Shown here one piece after another: positions 50,230-61,935 of a stretch of 64,000 bases of DNA. A program made the translations under genes and the position numbers. The DNA is from Octopus sinensis (Eukaryota). The stretch spans positions 26,598,001 through 26,662,000 of the forward strand of contig NC_043001.1 of NCBI RefSeq assembly GCF_006345805.1. Reading direction: 5' to 3'. The notes beneath the pieces were generated by a model. That model saw only the letters and a list, made by a program, of their open reading frames with translations, searched no databases and was not told the DNA's origin. Position 1 is the stretch's first letter. Each line of letters opens with the position of its first letter.

Positions 50230-51400
50230 TTGCTGACAAACACATAGCTTCCATCTCTCGGTGAATGCACTGTATCGGTTTCAGCTTCTAAGAGAAAAAT
50301 GCAACGGGTTCCCAGATAGTTGTTGCAACACTCAAATTATGGCCATGTCAGAAGTGGCTATTATAATGCACAAGGAAATCCTCTTCAAATGGATGTGACA
50401 ACATTATTACTTCAGTATTGTTGAGAGTATGGATGATGAAATCACTATTGGACAGGCACTTGTTTACATATTCAGTCTTGGACTCATTGAGGTAAAGACC
50501 TACACAATTTGAGGCTTGTTCAAGAGATTGTAAAAGAGACTGGGCATTGGAGAAAGAATCACTGATAAGAGCAAAGTCAGTGTCTGTTAAGTGTTCAGCT
50601 GGGTGTCTGGAACTTCTTCTAGGTTTACAAATAACTTGGGTCATACATATCATCATCTGAAAAAGATTTTCTAACTAGAAAAGGTATGGCCTGGTCAGCC
50701 TGTAATGATATGCATAAGTTCTGGTCATCAAATCTAAGTAGAGATTTCAAACTTAAAATCTTCAAAGCCACAGTTGAACAAATTCTACTATATGACTCAG
50801 AAACCTGAACGTTATCAAAGAAGCTTGAGAGGTGGTTGGATGGAACTTACACTTGCCTCCTTATGAGAGCTCAAAATATCTCATGGAAGTGTCATCCAAC
50901 CAAAGTACAAATATATGGGAAATTACCACCTGTATCATCTCTTGTGAAAGGTAGAAGAGTCTAGTTTGCTGGACATTGTTGTAGAGCTGAAAACGAGGTA
51001 ATTTCTACTCTTCTCCTCTGGAAGCCATCTGCTGGCGATACCAGAGGGCGCACACTCTCCTACCCTGATGTAATCTCCAGAGATACAGGCATTCAGCAAC
51101 AGGACCTCTGTAATGCTATGATGGACCGTGAGGTCTGGTGTAACATAGTAAATTCCATTGTCTCGACCACGGTCGAACAATGATGATGATTACTTCAGTG
51201 GTGTTGCTCTTGTGGCTTCAAGCAGCTTTGTACATGTTAGTCCAGCAAGAGGTTTGTGTGAGTATTTAGAGTGCTTCCGTACATTAGCTGTAGGCGTATA
51301 AAATGTAGAAGACAAACATGAAAATTCACAATGCTGAGAAAATGTCAAAGTTGCTGAAAGGAGGCAGGGTGAGAAAGACCGTTCATTTTGTGATTAGTTC
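50230..51400 (-). mobile_element. Gypsy-like RT/RNase H relic, split by the 50417 LINE
   Basis: TEVIMLSHPFEEDF / IIATSDMAII*VLQQLSGNP...RYSAF resembles LSHP..TDASD.AIGAVLQQ..RYS. Confidence 0.5.
50417..51188 (+). mobile_element. Second RTE-type LINE family, 5'-inverted copy with 11-bp TSD
   Basis: Inverted about 50417-50622 (DFALISDS..GLYLNESKTEYVNK). Sense 50622-51188 ending (TGA)n. TSD attacttcagt at 50406 and 51189. Confidence 0.92.
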
Positions 51401-52304
51401 AGAGTCATGATTGTGTTTTCTAACGCGTTGCCTTCAAGGTCAACGTTTTATGGTTTAAAATTGAATAATTAATAGTAATTAGTAATTAGAGGAGAAATAA
51501 TTGTCTTCAACGTTGTTTATTAATAACATGAAACATTTTATACAAATAATATACAATTTGTTGTAATTTTGTAGGTTAAGTGTATGAATTAAAAAATTAT
51601 GAAATTGCTGAGAGATGAGGACAGATCACATCGAAAACTGACGTCAATGATAATTGCTTGGAAAAAATGTTGGTTGGTGTATTAACCGAGTCAGGGATAT
51701 ATTACAAAATTAACTCTGGTTGACAATTGTGTCAACCAAATATAATAATATGTAGCACAAGGGGCAAAGTACTTAGTGGCATTTCGTCCGTCTTTATGTT
51801 CTGAGTTCAAATTCCACTAAAGTCGACTTTCCCTTTCATCCTTTTGGGGTCAATGAAATAAGTACCAGTTGAACACTAGGGTAATGTAAACAACTTAACC
51901 CCTCCCCCAAAGTTGCTAGCCTTGTGCCAAAATTTGAAACCAATATTATTCACTTGCAGTTTTGACTTTCAAACTTAACTATTCCAGGTTCAACATTACC
52001 AAATATGGTAAATGATTTGTTAGCAGTTTTGATTTACAAATTTAAATATTCCAGGTTCAAATTCAAGGAAGGTTATAGGTACAGCTGCTGTAATCTTTTC
52101 TTCAAACAAAAGAAAAAATTCTAGATATTTTTCCATTGAATTGAATTTCATGCCTCTCACACTTACAAATTCCCTTCCACAGCCTATTGGTGAAAAAGCT
52201 TTCTCAGTTACCATATTGGTTAGAGTTTTTGTTGGATGAAAATTCTCCTTGGAAGTTGCTTAAATGAATATATGTTGCACTAATCCAAAATAAGGCTTTT
52301 CTCT

Positions 52305-52625
52305 TTTACTTGTTTCAGTCATTGGACTGCAGCCATGCTGGAGCACCACCTTTAGTCGAGCAAATCGACCCCAGTACTTATTCTATCGGTCTCTTTTGCC
52401 AAATCGCTAAGTTACAGGGACATAAACACACCAGCATCGGTTGTCAAGCTATATTGGGGGGACAAACACACACATATATATACATATATACAATGGACTT
52501 CTTTCAGCTTCCATCTACCAAATCCACTCACAAGGCTTTGGTTGGCCCAAGGCTATAGTAGTAGACACTGAACCCGGAACTATGTGGTTGGTAAGGAGGC
52601 TATTTACCATACAGCCACTCCTGCA
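52305..52625 (-). mobile_element. SINE family A, internally deleted
   Basis: Family A motifs. Confidence 0.85.
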
Positions 52626-52860
52626 CCTATGTGCTTTAAAATATATGATTGTATTATGAAGAGTAAAAGCATGAGTTTGTGCTAACAATAGGTGACAAGC
52701 TGGATAGTAATTTCAACAAGTGTTTCACAGTATGTGGGTATGACATATTGTTGACTGAAATTCATGCTTTGGATTAATTTAGAGTTTAACCAACAGATAT
52801 AGGAAAAGATTTGGAGTGTAGTTGTCCCCTGAGGTTTCTTACCTTATGGAAAAAGGAAAA

Positions 52861-55078
52861 AGTGCAGAAATGATGAGGGAGTAAAATTGTGAAAAAACAA
52901 ACAAAAAGAAACCCCCAAAAAACTGAAAGGCTTTGGGGGACAGTTAGTCTAAAACACTGGTGAGATATGGTCTCAGTTTAGCAATCTTAACCTTTCCGTT
53001 ACTGTATTTATTTTGAGATGCTCTGCGTTTCTTTCAATTACTTTAAATATAACAAAGAGTTTAGTAAAATATCTTAGTTATCACTCAGCTAGTGTTAGGA
53101 ACATAAATTGTGACTAAGGTTTGGTGGAAGATTTTAATTCAAAACTTATGAAAATAAGACATTTGTACTCAGAGCCTGAGCTGGTTTCAGCCGAGTTGGT
53201 ATCAAAAGGGTTAAGGGACTCCGTTTTTACTAAATGTTGAGGATTGTTATGTTTGGAACAGAAATTGAATCAAGACTCTAACTACAAACCTTTGGTCTAC
53301 TTGCAATGAATTTTGACATTTTTGTTAATTAATCTTTTTAATGTTTCTTTTGTTCTTAGCCTAGAAACAATAAAATAGTTTCACTTTGTGTCTTCAAATA
53401 TTTTTTTACTAATTAGTAATGTCAGCTTGACCTTCTGTGACTTTACAATCATTGCTTTTGTCAACATTGTAATATATAAATTTTATAGTTTGTCAGCTCC
53501 AGGTATATATATTTTACATGTGATAGCCACAGCCTAGTGTGTTGTTTTATCATCATCATCATCATTATTATTATTACTATTGTGTAAGAGAGCAGCGCAT
53601 GTCATCAAAGTGACACTAGGCTAAAATATATGAAGCCCAGTATACCCATCATAAGTGCCCATCTGATAAGGGTACACCAGGCACATGCATCATAACCATA
53701 TGTGCACAACATGATTTCATATGAAGATAAACAGTGCATGACCTTGCAGGTGGGGCCCAATTACAATTTTCTTCCAGTCGAGTAACCCAATCCGCTCAAA
53801 CGGTCCCTGAATAAGGGTGGTTTAAGGATGTTGAACAAAACACCCATGTTTCCAGAAGTGAATTATTCAAACCCCAAAGAATCCCTCTCAACACATGGCT
53901 ATGATGCTCCCCCACTACTTTTGTTCGTGATCAGAGATGCACATACCGTCAGCCACTAAGGGACATGCTCAACTGGTTAAGGTCAAACAACTGACAAGCA
54001 ACTCTGTGGTATAGAGCAGAATATTTGCTGTAGCCCATCTTTTATACCAAGACAAAACAAAAATATTATTATCATTATTATTATTATCCTCACACATTTT
54101 AGCCTCTGGCTCCGGCTGAAGCCATCTGTAACATCATTGCCATTACAACACATTATCATCAGTGACAGTGAGAGACCATCTAAGTAATTGCGACTATTTA
54201 TAAGTAGCATGTCTCAATATGTCATATCACTTGTTGAAATTACTATCCAGCTTGTCACCTATTGTTAGCACAAACACATGCTTTTACTCTTGATAATACA
54301 ATCATATATTTTAAAGCACATATACATACACAACCAAATATCAAAGCATACATTGCTAAACTGAAATATTTCTCTCAATGTACTTGTAGAAGTTCAGAAA
54401 ATATCTTATATAGCATTTGAAAACAATTATTTTTCATATTGCAGAGTTGACATGCAAGCTTTATCTTTGTCAGTCTTTTCTCAACAATGATAGACAGCTG
54501 GTGGTCTCGATTGAAACTTTTCTATTCAAAGAAAGAATCATCATCATCATCATCATCGTTTAACGTCCACTTCCCATGCAGGCATGAGTTGGATGGTTTC
54601 ACTACAGACTGGCAAGCCAGGAGGCTGCACCAGGCTCCAATCTGATCCGGCAACCACTAACCCTTCCTAACGCCAACCACTCGAAGAAAGCAGTGGGTGC
54701 TTTTTACGTACCATCAGCACAAGAGCCAGTTGAGTGGTATTGGCACTGACTACACCTGAATGGTGCTTTTTATGTGCCACCAGCATGGGACCAGTCAGGC
54801 GGACTCTTCAACGCCCAAACTTTAAATAGAAATGACAAAAGACTTGAATAAAGTTGAAAAACTAAATAAATGAATGAAAGTCGTATATTCAAATAAACAG
54901 GTAATGACAGTGTTCAAAAGTTGATTGTTAAAACATCATGTTTTATTAAAATCAATGTAAAAAGGTTTTCTTTTCCATTGTGTGAGCGAAGAATAAAAAA
55001 TAGGCGAGGCACGATTGCGAGACATTGAGTCATCTTGGCAGTGACGTGTCCTCAGCTAGATTCACTATTTATAGTTTG
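52861..55078 (+). repeat. Duplicated block X, copy 2, with three private insertions
   Basis: piggyBac MITE 52987-53214, (TAA)n-tailed repeat about 53575-54085, RTE tail about 54539-54820; all absent from copy 1. Confidence 0.9.
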
Positions 55079-57710
55079 TCCATTCAAAGACCTCAAACAC
55101 TTTTTCATGTTGCCCCAGTTCACTCGGCTGGCAAAAATGAGTGCTAGTTATGTTTAGTATTTAGTTAACCTGAAGCATCTGTAATATTTCTTAACCGTTT
55201 CTTTCCTTTATGACAATCATCTAGTTCATTCCTGATAAGTAATAAGATTGTTCTTGGTTTAATTCTTCTGTGTATTAACCATTTAGCATTCAGATTATTC
55301 TGCCAAATATGATGCTTATTTATTCACATGTTTTGAATTAATGAATTATCTCATAGCTTCAACATTTTTATTTATAGTTTGTCCATTCAAAGACCTCAAA
55401 CTTCAAATATTTCCTTGCCAGAAGTTAAAAGAATTTGTGATCAGTCAACATCAACCAAATAAGATGTCAAAGAAAAAGCAAGTCAACGATAAACACCTAG
55501 TCGAATTAGTAACATTTTAATAAAATATGTTATTCCTATTTTCTTTTCCAGCTGTTCTGTCCGGTAGGCTATTACATTGCATGTACTGATAATAACCACA
55601 CTAAGATTTATTTGAGTTTCCAAATATTTACATATGTTCGTTCAATAGATTTATATATATATGTAGTACAAGGCATATTAATCATTGCATGCAATGAATA
55701 TTGGTTAATCAATACTACTAGTTAAGGCTTATGAATTGGAGAGCAAGATGAGCAAATTGAGATAACCAAACAGGACAAGAAAAAAATCTTGTGTAAATCC
55801 TGAGAAGTGAAAGATTCCATACGTGCATGCAAGTTGCCCCTTATAAACCCCCAAAAGCTTTCTCTAAGCTGAATTTCTTTGCCTTTAAATAATCGTCTGT
55901 CCAGAAAGTTGTAGATTCTTTGGCAGAAAAACTTACTTTCTCTGAAGTTGCGAGTGATGATTGTCCAAGCCATATTTGCATAGGTATTAATATCTTGTAT
56001 GGCAATTCTTTTCCTTTTATAGAAGTATATTAGGTGGTGATTCTCAACTAGGGAAACCTGAAAACTATGGTTCAAATCTCAGCTGCTTTCTTGCCACAAA
56101 GTTTTAGTGTTCTGTAGAGATTAAAATGTAATGCACACAGTAGTTATTCAGAAAGCAACATAGAATATGCTATTCTTGACCAAATATCAAAGTATTTTAT
56201 TGAAAGTTTCAGAATATCTGTGAAGTTGGGGATATGGAAAAAAACTATCCTGGACGGAAGTTTAGCTGTAAGTCTCTCTTGGTTTACTACAGAATTTTAC
56301 ACACCATTATATAGCATGTGATGCACGTTTACTCATGGAAATAATACAAGAAAAAAACTTTAAATAACAGCGAGACTTTATTCCTCTGCTAAATTATCCA
56401 GTGGACCAAATAAATGCATCACGGATTCTGGTGGTTGTATAAATGATTCAGCTCTGGCTGTCATTGATTACAAGTACTTCATTATAACAGCAGGGAAAAT
56501 ATCATGATGTGTCCTCCTGGAACCTTTCACGTCTCGTGTCATAGGGGTTTTGTTAAGGTTACATATGGAGAAACGTAGGTTCCCAACGACAGTCCATTTT
56601 ATTTAGAAAGTATTATGCACGTGATTGGATCTGAGATCCATATCCCGTGCAATATTCAATCAAACAAAATGCAGAACTCAACCAAATGTTCCAAGCTCAC
56701 AAGTTCTGGGTTGACCAGTGCTTTGTGAGTGAAATTGATATACAGAAACTGCATAGAAGCTCATTGTATATCATCGTTTAACATGTTTTCCATGGGTTGG
56801 ATGGTTTGACTGAGGTCTGGAGAGCCAGTGGCTGCACCAGGCTCCAATGTTTCTACAGCTGGATGCCTTTCATAAAGCCAACCACTCAGAGTGTAGTGGG
56901 TGTTTTTTGCATGCCACCAGCACAGGAGCCTGTCAGACAGGCCTCAGTGAAATTTTGCCTGTTTGGGAACCTTGTGTCTTGGTCTATGGTTTCAGGATGA
57001 TCCTGGGATTGAAAATCTTCCTGTCATTTGGTTCTTGAACATCCAGCATTAGGATCTGATTTGAAAGCATTGGGGTTGCTATTTCTAGTAGGTAAAGCTT
57101 GGTTGATCCTCACCATCTTACAACACTTAGCTCACGAGATACCTGGCAAAAATGTGTAGTACCAGAAGTGATAGTTTATGTTTAGTATTTAGTTAGGTTA
57201 AAATTGTAAGGTTATGAGTTCAATGCTTGGCAGCACATTGTGTCCTTAAGCAAGACACTTTTTCATGCTGCCCCAGTTCACTCAGCTGGCAAAAATGAGT
57301 ACTACCTAGAGTGCTAGTTATGTTAATCTGAAGCATCTGTAATATTTCCTAACGTTTTCTTTCCCTTATGACAATTATGTAGTTCATTCCTGATAAGTAA
57401 TAAGATTGTTCTTGGTTTAATTCTTTCATTGTGTATTAAACCCTTTAGTATTCAGATTATTCTGCTAAATATGATGCTTATTTATTCACATTGTTTTGAA
57501 TTAATCATGAATTATCTCATAGCTTCAACCGTTTTCATTGATATGATTGTATATTTTTTAGTATGACATTGTAGATCAGATGAGAGGTCAAATCTGCCCA
57601 GTTTGAGCATAAAACTGGCAGAATATTTGTTTTAGTAATGTATTTAAGTTTTATTGAGGTTCCCTCTCAAGATGGTGTTAGCACATCTGACATTTGGATA
57701 AGTTTAATAG

Positions 57711-58905
57711 TCTATATAAAACTGAGAATGTGTCTGTTTGTGTGAATCCCTAAAACTCGGGAAGTACCGAACCAATTTCATTTAAATTTTACACATGCAT
57801 TACTTAGGGCTCATGGAGTGTCATGAGCTAAAAAAATTTTCAACTTCTTACCTAATGTGGGTCCAGCACTATCTTTTAGACTGGTTTGGTATTGCGTCAA
57901 AAGATAATAGTTTCACTTTTAATTCTAATGCGATAACACTAAGATCATCTCATTTCTATTACATTTGAAATAAATAATTTATATCCTAATGTGAACAACA
58001 TTACACATCAGCAACTTTCCATCTTTACGGCCATGGCAGCAGAATGGTGTGTCAGTATATGTGCTGACTGACCTAACGAATGGCCCGAGGTGAAATGCTA
58101 CCAAAAACAATGAGGTGGCAGGTCCAAGGTATATAAAAATACACATTTACTGATCAATTACCAGTTAATAATTATTGCAGCAGTAGCAAGGTATTTACAT
58201 ATTAACCCTTAAATTAACATTAATACATGTGAGAAATTTATCTATAATGATTATTGTGGCATTTACTGTCAAATTAGCAGTTTGTACATATGCTTCTATT
58301 TGGATAATTTACACTGCATACAAAAATAGAGATTAATGTATAACTTTTTCTATATTCATAATCTTTTATTTACAATATTGAAATAAGGTATGCCACCAAA
58401 GAAAAGATTGTAGAAAATAGAAGGCGACAGTCTCAACGGAGAAGGGACTTTCCCAAGATCAGTAAAGGCATGCTGCAGCATTTAATGCTGACTCGTTTAA
58501 ACAACTCTGACCTTTCAAATATGATCTATCCCATTCATATAAAAATAATTCTGTCCAAGTTGGTATACTAAACTCATTGTCATTTTTGCAAAAATTTAAA
58601 ATTTCCAAATGAAACTAATGGCATATGCTGCTCAGGCAGTAAGATAAGATTGCCAGCATTACCAGTTACTCCTCAACCTTTTATGAATCTTCTGTTAGGT
58701 GCTTCTAGTCAAAGGATTTTCTGAACAATATCAGACAATACAACTTCACATTTCAAATGACATCATTTGGTGTGTCTAAGGAGACAGATGAACAAAGATT
58801 TACACTGCTGTTCAAAGTTCAAGGGCAGGTCTGTCACCTCATTGGTTCCGTTACCCACACCTGAACAACCAAAATTCCTCCAAATTTACTTTATAAGTGA
58901 TGTAT
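57711..58905 (+). pseudogene. 5' relic of an autonomous Helitron (RepHel N-terminus)
   Basis: TCTATATAAAA 5' end. HCHFCKNLKFPNETNGICCSGSKIRLP / FLNNIRQYNFTFQMTSFG / FKVQGQVCHLIGS / PKFLQIYF with frameshifts. Confidence 0.85.
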
Positions 58906-59271
58906 GACAACAGACCCGAAGGAGGTCCCAAAACTTCAGACGATGGGTCATGTTAGATGCAGTAAAGGAGATTATATCAACTGACAGCTTTTCGGTGTGT
59001 TCAAAAATCACATGCCCCCAATTTTCCATGGCAGGTTAGGGCCTGGAATCCTCCAAAAGGATGCATCACATATTGCTTAGTCAAATTACCCCACAAATAT
59101 GTTGTCAATGCTGCACTTTTTTGTATCATCTGTTTCAACATCACTGTAATATATATACAATTTATGCCATTTTAATCCTGAGCATCTCTGCTAGTACAGT
59201 ATAATATAGAGAAACTTGTTTGCTTTCTGCTTCCCCACCACATGGTTTTGGGTCATGTCCCATTGCATGTT

Positions 59272-59820
59272 ACCTTGGGCAAGTGTCTTCTACTATAGCC
59301 CCCGGCTGACCAAAGCCTTGTGAGTAGATTTGATTGACAAAAACTGAAAGAAGTTGGTCTCATATATGTATGTTGTTGCTGGCCTATCTTGACATCATGT
59401 GATAGTTAAACCTGGAAAAAGTGGACTATGATGATAACGGCGACAAGGCAGGTTTCACAAATCTGAAATAAAGATGCCTGAATGATTGAATTTAGGAAAT
59501 CTAAGAAATTCCTTTAACTTCCAGACAATTCATTAAACTAATTTGGAAGAATACAATGTATGAATTCCTAAATCATTTTCTCATCAACATACTGACATGA
59601 AACAGTTTTCAGTGTTACATAATATAAACACAAAATAAAACGGCATGGGTTGGATGGCTTGACTGTTTGTTTTGGCATTGTTTCTATGGCTGGATGCCCT
59701 TCCTAAAGTCAACAACATTAGAGTGTGTGTGGGGTGCTTTTTACATGGCACCAGCACAGCCGTAAGTCGTAACTTCCTAAAAGATATTATTGCTCTAATG
59801 CTTTAGAGCAGCGGCTCCCA
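59272..59820 (+). repeat. Duplicated block Y, copy 2
   Basis: Partner of 49521-50225, with internal deletions. Confidence 0.9.
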
Positions 59821-59894
59821 ACACTTTTATTTAAGTGAATTTTCCCACGGACCACTTTTATTTAGTTCATAGACTCCCAGGTTGAGAACCACTG
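59809..59894. mobile_element. Tiny hAT-type MITE
   Basis: TIRs cagcggctcccaac / gttgagaaccactg; 8-bp TSD ctttagag / ctttagtg. Confidence 0.8.
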
Positions 59895-61935
59895 CTTTAG
59901 TGTATGCCTCTTTTTCGAATATATAAACTATCGATGATATATGAGAGAGAGACTAGGAGATTATAACCTCACTTGGAAACAGTCAGGGCATGGGCATTAT
60001 GATAATAATGAAGAAATTTAAACTGACTGACTCCTGCCCCTTCAATTTCAGGCTTTGTGCCCTTGTTTGAAACAACTGTCTTGTTGATTTATGTGTTAGT
60101 TTAAAAATACCAGTAGACATATCTAGTAGTTGATTTGTCTCCTGAAACCTCGCACAGACAGTGAAATGAGGTGATAAAGCACAAACTATTACCTATAGGA
60201 TAACTGAGTTGGATAAAACGGCTCCATAGCAGCTAGTAACAACCACTAATGTTCTACATTGAATTTAGCCATTCCTCTGCCTGGGAAAGGGAATATGCTG
60301 CTAAAATTACCTGTCAAGGAACTGAGTCAATATAATCAACTATTCTTCAAATTTGAGGTTGTGTGCACATGCCAGTAACTATTAATAGGGTATTAAACAA
60401 TTTGGAGGATACAGTCAAACCAGAGATTACATAGCTGTTGATTTATACACCCAGAGCATTCAGTTTTGTTAGTCCCTATATTTTGACTTGTCACACATGT
60501 AATTACATCAGCTGTTGTTCCTCCAGATATTCCAGTCATATTCTATAGCGGACTTGATTGATCATACTACTCTCTCCAATTTGTATCATTGCATCTAACA
60601 TCACACAAAAATTAGTGTATACTCTCCATCCAAAACGCAGCACTTCTGCCTCTGTTATAAATCAATGTTATCCATTATTAGTAAGGGAAATAATTCACAG
60701 ATGCGACAACCAGACACTTGGGGGATAATGTTAAGAGTTTCAGTTTTACACTTAAGATATCATTAGTATAGGTTCTTAGGTTCTGCCACTTATATTTCAA
60801 ACATTAATGTGTATCATCAGTAAGTGCTTAGGGTCTAAACAACAACAAACCAAGTTTTACGAAAGAAACCTCTAATTGTAGACATATGTTTACCTTATTT
60901 TTTTAAACTTTAATATCAATATTTCATGTTGGCTATGTCTGGTGTATAGCACATGTCTTCTGCAATCTCCCATTTTCCTTGAAGGCTATCCAATATAAAA
61001 ATATGGCACCTTTATACTTAGTAATCATGTACAAGTGTAGTAGTTTCTCTTACACACTATGCTTGATGCCTTTTCTGCAGAGTAAAGAGGATATTTTTAG
61101 TCACTCACTATGATACATTATAGCTTCTTATACTTTAAGAATCCACAAAACACTGCAAGGAAAGATCTTTGTATATATTACAAAGTGAGTGCTCTCATTT
61201 GCTAATGGCAAATTGATCAGAAAAAACCAAAGATGATTTCATGAATTGTATGACTGCAAGGTCACTTGCCTCCAGAAAATCTTGTAAAGTGGGAAAAATA
61301 AAAGGTTTTCAAGAATTTACCTGCTAGCATTTAGAGCAAACCCATTTGCTCTCCACCAGCAAACAACCGTATCCCATAAGATCTGCAGGAAACAGGCAAA
61401 TCTTCAAGTCATTGTTTTGAATAAAAAATAGATTCCTATGCTTTTAGGATCCTTCAACAGCATAACATCCAGTCACTGGATATCAATTACACACTACTAA
61501 AACTTTCAGTCTTTACAGATTCTGAACTTCAATTTGATCTTTCAGAATAAGTAGCCTGAGCACAATTATCATGAAAAACCTCTTACTAGTAAAACATGTC
61601 CTATAACGAACTGCTGCCATACACTAATCTTTCAGCCAGATAACAGCAGAACTATGATCAAAGGCCACACGGCGTAACATGTCTCTTTTAGTAAGACAGT
61701 TAGTATGATTCAAAGGGAAGAGGTGGTTTTGACCTGATGGTCAATCAAAGGGACTTCTAAGAATAGTGTGCAGTGAAAAGTACAGTGTAGCTGTGAGGTG
61801 CCTATTCCATTTCTGAGTTACAGTAATTAGCCTTAAAAAATATAAATTATGAAAACAGGAAATATGATTTCTTTCACTTAAAATTTTAATCATATAAATG
61901 AACAGCCAATATCAAAAAATACTGGTGAAGTTAGT

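Noticed and set aside
61081-61184. Plus-strand exon-like unit with strong acceptor and gtgagt donor
   Set aside because: Stops in all three frames; at most non-coding, and unsupported.
61321-61382. Minus-strand 62-nt exon-like unit containing an 8-bp hairpin (agagcaaa-tggg-tttgctct)
   Set aside because: One open frame but no partner exon or homology. The hairpin is neither an IRE nor a METTL16 motif.
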